NCBI RefSeq assembly: GCF_006345805.1
Contig: NC_042998.1
Span: 166,470,001 to 166,534,000, forward strand
Direction: 5' to 3'
DNA length: 64,000 nt
Origin: Octopus sinensis
Taxonomy: Eukaryota
Positions 52,991-64,000 of the stretch are shown here, piece after piece. Within the stretch, counting starts at the first letter, position 1. Each line of letters starts with the position of its first letter. Made by a program: the position numbers and the translations under genes. The notes under the pieces were generated by a model. The model made no database searches and had not been told where the DNA came from. It worked only from the letters and a program-made list of their open reading frames with translations.

Positions 52991-54133
52991 AGTATAACTT
53001 TAATAAAGCTTTTGATACGAGTCTCTGAAAATGCGAGTCTGTAAGTATGGGTTAGTCTTGCTATTAAGTTAATCCAGCACTGACTCTGTACACTGAGCAT
53101 ATACACAAGATATGCATATCACATTCATATACACCACATACTAGCATGTACTACATACAGATATACAAATAGATATCATATAAACCCGCGTCACACACAC
53201 ACAGAGCGATACACGCTACAGACTCATGGACAACGACGTAGTGCCAAGAAATACCGCACAAATGGTAGTAACATTAAAGACGTCAGCTAAACTACAGGCC
53301 ACCCACGAAGAAAGTAATAAAACAACAATTACCACGGCAACAGCAACAACAGCAACACTAACAACAACAATTTAATCAGCCAAGAAGAAACCATTTATTT
53401 ATTTACTCTATGTATTTATTTATCTATTTAATGTAGTCACTGTAACAACTGTTACAACTACAATTTACTATTTATAGATTGGTTTTAACCATGTAATTAA
53501 ATGAAGAAAAAGACATAAGACAACCTACATTAAAAAAAAAGTCGGAAAGGAAAATACAAAAATTAAAAAACAAAAAAAAGGAAAGAAAATTACTCATGTT
53601 TCTCTTTTTTTTTTTATCCTTGAACAGCTTTATATAATTACAGCTTGCACTCCTATGCTTCATCATAACAGGGAAAAAGTGACTCTTAAAACACCCTAGT
53701 GTTTTACTAAAATTTAGTAGTTGTTACTGCTTAGCCCCCCCTCCTCCAGTGCTGACCTCGATCATGCAAGTCCTATAATCAAAGATATTCCAACTGTGGC
53801 CATCACCCCTGTTTCTGAAAACTCAGTGGTAATCCTGTCTACTATAGGCCCAAGGCCTGAAATTTGTGGGAGAAGGAGCTTGTCGTGTACATCGACCCTA
53901 GTGTTCAACTGGTACTTATTTTATTGACCCAGAAAGGATGAAAGACAAAGTCGATCAACGCAGAAATTTCCACTCAGAACGTAAAGATGGAAGACTCAGT
54001 AATAATAATTACTCATGCAAGCACAAGGTTTCAGCTTTTTAAAAAATGGATCAGTCCCAGCATTTGATTGATACTTATTTAATTGAGCTCGTCAAGGATG
54101 AGAAACAGGTAGTTAAGCTTAGTAGTCAATTTA

Positions 54134-54481
54134 ATATTGGTTACAAATTTTGGCACAAGGCCAGCAATTTCGGGGTAGGGAGTAAGTCAAATTACATCGA
54201 CTGCAATGTTCATCTGGTACTTATTTTATCGACCCCAAAAGGATCAAAAAGCCAAGTCGACCTCGGTGCGGTTTCAAATTTTGGCACAAGGAAAGTAATT
54301 CTGGAGGAGGGACTAAGTCGATTACATCGACCCAGTGCTTGATTGGTACTTATTTTATCGACCTCAAAAGGGATGAAAAGCAAAGTCGACCTCGGCGGAA
54401 TTTGAACTCAGAACGTAAAGACAGACGAAATGCCACTACGCAATTTGCTCGACGTGCTAACAATTCTGTCAGCTCACCGCC
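54134..54481 (-). mobile_element. Family B SINE, tandem or nested copies
   Basis: Repeated GTCGACCTCGG and GGTACTTATTTTATCGAC blocks. Confidence 0.75.
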
Positions 54482-55380
54482 TTAACCTAACAAAATATTG
54501 CAATGTTTTTTTTATGATACCCGACTAATTCTATCGCACAACTGTTCTTTATAACATTGGAATTTAGTTTTCCGACGCAGTCACAAAACTACTAAGGTAC
54601 TTGTAGTCTAGATCAAGGTAAGATGAAAGAAGTTGAGCTCGGAGATCGTGGTGTGTGAAGTGTGTAACTAAATAGTGCAAAGTATGCTGTTCGTTTCTCT
54701 ACCGACTCTGATTATCCGTGCTCTTGATAAAATAATAAATATATGATTTTTTTTTATATATATAGGCGGAAGACTAGAAGTTTTGGGGCAATGTAAGCAG
54801 TCGATTAAATCGATATCGGTACGAGAAAAACACCGAGTTTCCGGATAGTGATACTCTGCACTAATTTACTAACAAAGAACTCCAAACTCCCGCGGCTGAC
54901 AGACTAGTTTACAGGTACTTTGCACAGAGTAGTACCGTCGACAGTACACTATTAAATTTCTTGGGAAACCCGGGCCGATTGATCGGCCCAAATGATATAA
55001 GCTGAAAAGACTCCGAGGCCGATCTATTGACCTGATGAAACAACCGTTTTGAAGTATTATACCCAATCAGAGTTTGTCTTTCAGTAGATATGATATAAAA
55101 CTATATAATATCTATAGTTTTACATACCAATAAAATAGTTTTAGGTACTTTATCCTTTGTTTTCAACATGCACCCAACATTTTCAATCTCAACAGAAAAA
55201 ACATTTTGGGCGCTCTGGTTACACATACCAAAACACCATGTCTTGAAAGGGTTAATACACATGTAGCATTCATACCCATGTACAGGTATCTATATTTCAT
55301 TTAATTATTTAAGTAAAATTAATATTTGTTTAAGTTAGATCAGTGGTTTTCAGCTGGGTTCCGCATGTTGTTGTTGTTTG

Positions 55381-55652
55381 TTCCTTCTCGAGCCATGGAT
55401 GAATCACAAGGGCCGTTTTCCCGGTTTCATTGGCATATTTGTTCCCCACCTGGACGTGACGCCGGTCCGTCACAGGTGAGCTGCTAGATGCGGAAGGAAG
55501 AGATAAAGTTGTGGCAAAAGAGTCAGCAGAAGTTCGCCATTACCTTCTGCAGGAGCCTAGGTATTTCGCTCATAAACACACACATCGGCCGGTCTGATAT
55601 TCGAACCTGCGATCGCGAGTCCGCTGCTCTAATCACTAGACTATGTGCTTCC
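55381..55652 (-). mobile_element. Family D-related SINE
   Basis: CCGTTTTCCCGGTTTCATTGGC tail and tRNA-like head. Confidence 0.6.
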
Positions 55653-57855
55653 ACCAGGGTTTCGTATGGAATACTTAATTATAGCACTGATTTAGAGTGT
55701 GTTGACAAAGATGACAACGCTTGGTATGGAAAAATCAGTAAACCTGAATGGCTTTGGAACCAAGTTTGTAGAAAATTAATGTTGTACCCGTACTTGAATG
55801 GTATTATATTTTACTGACATTTATCGGTTATGAAAAGCAAAGTTGACAGCGGTCAGATTTCAACTCACAATGTATAGAGCCCGAACAAATATTGCAAGGC
55901 ACTTTATCCGATACTCTAACAATTCTGTCAATTCACTTTCCAATGATGATAATTTTTAACACAAGTAGAAGACAACAGATTTGGCAAGAGAAGCGGTTAT
56001 TCGATTAAGTCGTACATGATAGAGAACGTAGAGTGACTGCAAGCCAATTTGTCCGATGCTCTTAAGATTTTTCTAGTTCACCGCCTTATAATATCTTTTA
56101 TCTTGTGCTTATTTGTCATTAGACTGTTATCATTAGACTGTGGTCAAGCCTTGTAGCGCTTAGTCGAACAAATCGACACTAGTACTTTGCCGAACCTCTA
56201 AGTTACAGAGTGCAAACAAACCAGCATCTATTGTCAATAATCGTGACACACAACCCCTCACACACACACATACATAAATGTGTGTGTGTGTACGTACATA
56301 CGTCGAACTTCTGCTCAGTTTTCCTCTACCAAAGCCATTAACAAGGCCTTGGTCTGCCTGGGGCAGTACTCAGAAGAAATTTCCCCATGATGCTGCGCAC
56401 TGTAACTGAACCCGAAACCATATGGTTACAAAGCGAGATTTTTTAATCACACACCATGAAATATAAAAAGGGGATTATTAACGACTAATCAATTTTTAGA
56501 AATAGCATTTTCGTATTTCTTACACATCAAAGTGGATATTGTCATTAATGCATAATAATGTTTTCTTACAGGCCGCATAATTTCATTTTTTCTTTTCTTT
56601 TCTTTGGATTATGTTCGAAAAAGTCGATCAAGGCAGCGCAAGGTATTTTTCCTTCGCTCTACACAATCTGTTTATCCATAGTCTTTAAGATACAATAATT
56701 GTTACAAAAATTCCATCGACTAAAATATAATCGCGGATAGCCGTTAATATACTCGTTATCCTTTTATACATCTCATTAAGATAATTAAGCTGTTTTAATG
56801 CAGAAAAAAATATTAAATAGGTTGTGACGTTTCTTAAGAATAAAACAGACATTCAAGTCAAGTCTGTAAATGTTTTAATTTGTAACAGGAGAATTAAAAA
56901 GACAGATGGGATTTTGAAATAGGATCATTCAGTACTATTTATGAGAATACAATATACAAACATGAAAGTAAATCAGAATCAAAGACGGTAATTACTGAAC
57001 GTGATTTAAAATGCAATTGATTTAATAGGCATATGTTGCCGATCATTTAATTTGCATTAAATAAATCTCTAACTTAACTATACTTTAAGTTTTTTTTTCT
57101 CCATGCGTATGCCATATGCGAATATTCCCGTTTACCCCATCACCAAGTGATTGTTTTTTAATGCTAATTTTCAAGCTTGTTCATTCACGTTATTGTACAT
57201 ATAATCAATCAAGTAAGAAGAGGTTTCATAAGAAGGAAACATACACAAAATTGTCTCGTGTACTTGTCTAAATTATTATGATATTATCAATCATTGAACT
57301 AATATTTCCTTATTTTTCTTTCTTACTGCCTCGTTATTTTCAATTAGAGTTTGGTTGCTCATTGTATTAATGATATCAAAAGGACTTAGCTATACTTCTT
57401 ATTCTGCAAACCATGTTTAATTAATTAATTTATTTATTTATTTATTATCAGTTTTGAATTAGCTATAATGCTACTATAAATGTTGGCGACAGCTGACAGA
57501 ATAATTTCTGGCTGTCTTAAGATTAAGTTATTTTAGAATGAAAATATAAACTTCTTGCTTAAACGTAGTTGATTTACACATAACAAACCAACAAAAATTG
57601 AATGTAATGCATTTTATGTAAATTTAATGAATTTTGAGTTGCTATTATAAAACTCTTTATACTTATTTGCATAAACATAAAGAGTTGTCCATTTTCTTGT
57701 GTGACTTTTATGTAAGTCATGTGAAACAAAAAAAAAAAAAAATCATCTTAAAACTGCAGCTCCGATTTTCACTCAAGTCTACTACACAGTAAACAGAAAC
57801 ATTACTAGAAGTTTTTTTGTTTTTTTCCAACGCAATTTCTTAATACAAGAGATAT

Positions 57856-58120
57856 GGGTGTAGACATGACTATGTGGTTAAGAAGCCTGCCTTATGACCA
57901 CGTTAGTTCGGGTTCATCCCACTGCGCGGCACCTTAGGCGTCTTCTACCATAGCCCTCGGTCGACCAATGTATTATGAATGTGATTGACGGAGGTTCTGT
58001 GGAAGTTCTGTGGAAGCTATGTTCGTCCTGCTGCTCCCATCATTTGTCAATTGATGTTGACATGTTTACTTTCGCGTAACTTAGCGCTTCGGCAAAAGTA
58101 TCCAATAGAATAAGTACCAC
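57856..58120 (+). mobile_element. Diverged family C SINE
   Basis: ACATGACTATGTGGTTAAGAAGC head; GCGGCACCTTAGG block. Confidence 0.65.
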
Positions 58121-58177
58121 ATTGTTTTAATGTTACTGCCTTTCTCATCCTAACTACATTTACAGTTTAGTGGGGGG

Positions 58178-58227
<50 letters not shown>

Positions 58228-58560
58228 TTACGAATTGATGCGGATAAATGGAGGTAAATATATTTAATAGTTATTATATTTCTTCGTAAAATATGGTATA
58301 TACAACTGAAGATCGGAAAATGTGTTTCTGTCAAAAGACCTATTGTCTTTATACCCCATAGATAGACTAACTGGAGAAAGAACAAGGGAAGATTCGTGTC
58401 TCTTAACCACAGAAACAAGGAAACTACTGTTGATGAGCTTAGAGACTTGCTACTGATAGCTCGATACCTTAACAAAATAAGTACACACATATGTATGTGT
58501 ATGAATATGGGCACATGTATACGTTAACGTACGTACATGTGTGTATGTATTATGTCTCTT

Positions 58561-58612
<52 letters not shown>

Positions 58613-58641
58613 CACATACATATGTATATTATATTATATAC

Positions 58642-58673
<32 letters not shown>

Positions 58674-58723
58674 CATACACATACATATATATATATATAT
58701 TATATACATATATATATTATATA

Positions 58724-58756
<33 letters not shown>

Positions 58757-60277
58757 CTATATATATATATATATATTATATATACATATATATATATATA
58801 TGCTTGTGTGTGAGCGTATGTGCATATGATTGTGTATGTATAATTGTGAAACCGAGCAATAACAGGAAATTCGTAGAAGCAAGAGAGTGCTTTTTTATTG
58901 CTGTTTTTATTTAACTCCAGATTCAAATTTAACCGTGTATACCTCTATTCAAAAGTAAGCCACCATTTTACCTTCTAGTACGTGGTATAGTGTACCCGGG
59001 AAAACAGTTTCCAGCGTGTCCTTTAATTTTTTAACCCTTTGAACGTAGCAAGTGGATATATCCACTCACAATCTTATTAGTTTCGAATTGCGACACAATG
59101 TCAGTAATTTCGGGGGAAAGAAGAAGTCGATTACATCGACCCCATTGGTGCGTAACTGGTACTGTATTTTATCGATCCCGAAATGATGTCAGGCAAAGTC
59201 GACTTCGGCGAAATTTTAACTCAGGTCCTAAAAGCCAGATCCTAATGACGGACGAAATGTTGCTAAGCGGGACAATCATTAGCACTGCCTTCATATCTGC
59301 TCACAGAGTTTTTTATTACCGTTAACTGCGGAATTCGATTGTACATGATGGCTTATGCTGCAAGAAACAGAGATATTTACAGTGACACATTCTATCAAAT
59401 GATAACTTTTTCAGATTTTCTGAATTTTTTCGTATATTTGATCAAATATTTCTTTACGAGAAAACAAGAATTAAAGATTTTCGGTGGTTGATATGAAAAC
59501 TGCACCCGTAAGAGTTACTACTGAAAAGGCATTGCAGAATCAGAATATGTCAAAATTTTGTTTCTTTTAATTTTTTTTTTTTTGGTAGGTAGATAATTAA
59601 TATTACAGTAATGACCATGAAATTTAATTACGTTGTCAAAAAGTTAATGATAATATATTATGTTTTCAGGAAGATTCCAAGCTGAAAAACCAGGAAGAGG
59701 ATTCATTCTCCAGTAGGCTCATAAGGGTTGGTAGACATAGTAGGAGATAATGAAATAAAGTGTGACATTGTCAGAGATGGGGGGGGGATATCTAAAACAG
59801 GAAGAAACACATGGGTTAGGGGGCGGGGATAGAGAAGGAAAAAATGGATGCAAGAACATAGTTACACATGTACAAGCATTCATACACATATCATACATCG
59901 TGTGTGGAGATAGAGTTAGAGGTGGGGGAGAGGGGTTGAAGTTGGGTACAAAGTCTATAATCAAAACATAAGGCGACTGAATAAGGGGCCCATTGTATTC
60001 TTCGTTTAAATTACACCACACACACACACATACAGATACGTATGTACATACATATATAGATACACATATGCATGCGTACATACATACACATACATACATA
60101 TATGTAAGTACACAATATTCATACATATATACATAGATGCATATACACAAACACATACGTACGCACACTCATACGTGTACATATATGCGTATACACACAC
60201 ATACATACATACATACATACATACATGCATACATACATACATACATACATACATACATACATACATACATACATACA

Positions 60278-60316
<39 letters not shown>

Positions 60317-61971
60317 GTATATATATTTGCATGCATACACTTAAGCATACATATACACATATACATAAATATTTACGTACATTTTCAAGCAGAAATGCAG
60401 GCACGAAATACATACATACATACATATATACATACATGCATACATACATATATACATGCATGCATGCATACATACATACATACATACATACATCCCAAGG
60501 TAGTGAAAACGGGAGTAGGAGACTATATGTGTAAAAGAAATACGACATTTCACTATTCATCTGGTCTAGTTATCTGATATATCAATCTAAAATGCAGTAC
60601 TTGGTCTAGAGCGAGATGAATGATACTTATAAGAACACCATATCTGATCGCCTTTCTTAGAATCACAAAACAATTCTAGTATCTAACCACTGCTTAATAA
60701 ATAAGCGAAAACTAATTTCGTCTATTCTGATTCCTGATTTCTTTATTGTCCACAGGAGGCTAAACATAAAGGGGACAGTACAAGGACAGACAAATACAAC
60801 AGTGGGGACAAAAAAAAAGCGAATGGAAAATGAAAACGGAATGAAGCTACTCGACCCCACATTCGAAATTTCGTTTATTCTGAGTCAAAAATTGTTATGA
60901 CCATGTATTCAAGAAATCAGGCCTCTTCCATTTCGATTCTACTGCACAGCTTATTGAGGTAATGTTTTTAAGAACACCAATGACCCTCTTATCCAGCTTC
61001 AAGAAATCTGGAAATATTGTGCAATACCGTTGAGTACTGGGGTCGATGTAATCAACTTACCCCAACCCCCGCTCACACACACAAAATTACTAGCCTTGAA
61101 CCAAAATTTGATAGCAATATACTAGAGCCTGTATTGAGTAAATACACCCTGTTTTTGAAGTTGGTTAATTTGCATACGGTGTGTTAAAAATAGATTCGTT
61201 CTTCATGTTTTTATGCAGATTGACTAACGGTTACTTTAGAATTAATTACTTTAGAATTAATTGTGTTAATTTGTACTAGTATCTGTTAAACAGAATCATG
61301 TTCTTTACTTTTCTTTGTTTAATTTCCATCCTATAAACATCTCACTGTATACATTGTACGGTAGGATGTATTTTAAGAATTGTAAGTGGGTTAATAGATA
61401 TCAAACAGATCTTACTTTAGAAGTGTATTAATTTGAATCTGTTAAATACAATTTAATTATTTACTTTTCATATTTTATTTTATATTTTAAGTATATAGTA
61501 GGCTGACTCCAGAAACCCCGAATATCTACAATTCCAATAGAATAACTACTAGGCTTACAAAGAATAAGTTCTGAAGTCGATTTCTTCGACTAAAAACCCT
61601 CTTTGAGGCGGTGCTTCAGCATGGCCGTTGTTAAATGACTGAAACAAATAAAAGAATTAATAAAAGAGAGAAAATATTAACAAATAAAGATATCATGGTT
61701 TAACGGCTAATACATGCAATTTATGTAAGGATTCCCTGGGACATGAAATGAATTTAAAGGGTTTCCTAAAATGACAGGAAATGCTGTTCAAGGGTTTATG
61801 CTTCGACGTATGAAAGACTGTATTGTTAAATTTACACACTAGACAGTGTTATTCAAAGTGTGTTATACGTGATATTTAACATGTTTGTGAAGATTATTTT
61901 AAAAGTTTCCTATCAACTGCTCAAATTAGTGTATCTTATAAAAAGGTTCCTGTTTCGATTCTATGCAGTTT

Positions 61972-62362
61972 GAATCTTTTCGGTTTGAACGGCAGTTTTT
62001 AACATAATTTCTAAGTAACTAAAATATTTTAAACTTCGTATACTGGTAGAATGTGTTTATAAAACATCTTTTTCTCTTGGCTTTATTGAGAAAATTCTAT
62101 AGTTTGTAAGATATTTGTTGTTTTTTTTCTTCAATTTCTGCAATTTCAACCAATCAGTGACGTCTATTGAGTTAAAAAGCATTTTGTGCCGTATGAATAT
62201 GTCCCTCGTTTAAGAAACACATTGGTTTATTTACATTTGTGAAGAAAAAAATACACTCCCCCCACCCCTAACCCTAACCCTAAAAGAGATTGAAATGCAA
62301 TAGATCGATTCTAGAGTCATAATTATGGGTGACAAATTATGGGTGACAAACCGAAAAGATCC
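61972..62362. mobile_element. Non-autonomous TIR element with 8-bp TSD
   Basis: TIR GAATCTTTTCGGTTTG / CAAACCGAAAAGATCC; TSD TGCAGTTT at 61964-61971 and 62363-62370; internal CCCTAACCCTAACCCTAA. Confidence 0.85.
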
Positions 62363-62494
62363 TGCAGTTTTTTTTTCTTTACTATGATGTCTCTAAGAAA
62401 CGACATGGTTACAGCAGAACATATTTTAATCTAGCTATAAATACGAGAGAATGAAAGGAAATGACAATTAGTGATGTCCACTAGATGTCTTCAC

Positions 62495-62871
62495 AAAAAT
62501 TGCGAACAAATGTAATAATTAAATTAAATTTGTACTATATTTGTGTCATAGGCTGGGCTGAAAATGGGAGCGGTGTGCAGGAGGAGAACCGTCTCCATTT
62601 TTCATCTCACACGAAGTGGCTTACAGAGTCTAACACCTCCTCTGCCCCAACCTCGGCCTCTCGAATCAGCTGTTTGTAGAGAGTAAAGTAATCGGACATT
62701 AGCTTCCACGTTGATTCATCAGGTAGAGTTAAAATATATATAACAACAGTGTTATATATATGTGAAAATGGAGACGGTTCTCCTCCTGCACACCGCTCCC
62801 ATTTTCAGCCCAGCCTATGACACAAATATAGTACAAATTTAATTTAATTATTACATTTGTTCGCAATTTTT
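62495..62871. repeat. Perfect 107-bp inverted duplication with 163-bp spacer
   Basis: 62495-62601 is base-for-base the reverse complement of 62765-62871. Confidence 0.97.
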
Positions 62872-63023
62872 AACAGAAAAAGCGAACAGAACGAAGATAT
62901 TTTCTTTTTAACACGAAAAACTCTTGCAACAATGGGACGCACACATACACAAAGCTACACACAACGGTTGCGTTTATATATGCACATCATACATTGCATA
63001 GAGGGACAGATAGATATACATAT

Positions 63024-63081
<58 letters not shown>

Positions 63082-63093
63082 TATATATAATAC

Positions 63094-63340
63094 ATGCGCC
63101 CTTTTAAAGTCTAGCCAGGCTCATGGGCCCGGTTTCCCGGTTTCAATGGCGTGTGTGCTCCCCAACTGGACGGGACGCCAGTCCATCGCAGCATTACTCA
63201 TTTTTGCCAGCTGAGTGAACTGGAGCAAACGTGAAATGAAATGTTTTGCTCAAGAACACAACCAGTCGCCCGGGCAAGGAATCGAAACTACAATCTTACG
63301 ATCATGGTGCTGACACCCTAACCACTAAGCCACGCGCCTC

Positions 63341-63341
<1 letters not shown>
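63094..63341 (-). mobile_element. Family D SINE
   Basis: Reverse complement of 23665-23915. Confidence 0.85.
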
Positions 63342-63410
<69 letters not shown>

Positions 63411-63425
63411 TGTGTGTGTGTGTGT

Positions 63426-63483
<58 letters not shown>

Positions 63484-63847
63484 TGTATGTATGTATGTAT
63501 GCATACACACATAGTTATCGATAGAAGACACAAAATTCAGGTAATCGATATAAACAATTTTCCTTTATAACATCAGAGTACTTAAGGCAAATATCATAAA
63601 ACCGTAAAAAAAAAATACATGTGTGTGTACAGAATTACACAAAAATACATAAAAATATACACATAGATACATATGAACATATAAAATTGTGCATGGATAT
63701 ATAAATTGGTATGCGACTGCCTGAACTCGGTACATCTGTGTTTGAAACAAGGAAGAAAGTTATAGATACATGGGCAATATGTGACAATATATGTAATTAA
63801 TTAAAAGATATTAAAGGCATTCCATAGCAGAGATGAAGTCTAATACT

Positions 63848-63936
63848 CATCCTACGATCGTTTCGGGAAAATGTTACTGGGGGTGGATAAAGTATTCCTA
63901 TTTGTCTTTCATATAAACGGTTCCTTCATCAGGATG
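63848..63936 (-). ncRNA. Type I hammerhead ribozyme candidate, intact catalytic core
   Basis: CATC-CTGATGA-AGGAA...(long loop II)...TTCCC-GAAAC-GATC-GTA-GGATG; stem III is the palindrome ACGATCGT; GUA cleavage triplet. Confidence 0.65.
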
Positions 63937-64000
63937 CACATGACACAGGGTGCACTTAGATCCTCTTAATTTGGAATAGAGAAAGTCATTACGTATATTG

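Noticed and set aside
54970-54990. GGGCCGAT-TG-ATCGGCCC hairpin (also 7-bp stems near 4968 and 5718)
   Set aside because: Short stems that do not extend; expected by chance in 64 kb
55030-55060. CTGATGA motif (also near 10527, 20898, 43543 and 62716 on the minus strand)
   Set aside because: No stem II followed by GAAA; expected by chance

Overview
Eukaryotic, AT-rich, repeat-dominated DNA. The density of (TA)n/(CA)n/(TATG)n/(GATA)n microsatellites and the tRNA-derived SINE families suggest an octopod cephalopod (inference, no database search run). No intact protein-coding gene, rRNA, true tRNA or CRISPR array is supported, and almost all long ORFs in the supplied track are microsatellite artefacts. 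Recognisable content: a near full-length defective mariner (11773-13053), a Penelope-like GIY-YIG remnant (7370-7809), RTE and R4/Dong-like LINE fragments, a non-autonomous Helitron (48591-49330), several MITE-like elements, and dozens of SINE copies in about five modular families. The most interesting signals are: (1) a near-intact hammerhead ribozyme (63848-63936, minus) plus three decayed Penelope-type hammerheads; (2) many long fold-back structures, including a perfect 107-bp inverted duplication (62495-62871), a 234-bp imperfect palindrome (32205-32438) and two inverted duplications centred on (TA)n; (3) SINE multimers joined at one recurrent junction and inserted into (TTA)n arrays; (4) a few exon-like islands, best at 4828-4999 and 5930-6098 (minus), that may belong to an unidentified host gene. 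I found no unambiguous new biological system. SINE/LINE boundaries are approximate (about +/-15 bp) unless TSDs or TIRs are cited.
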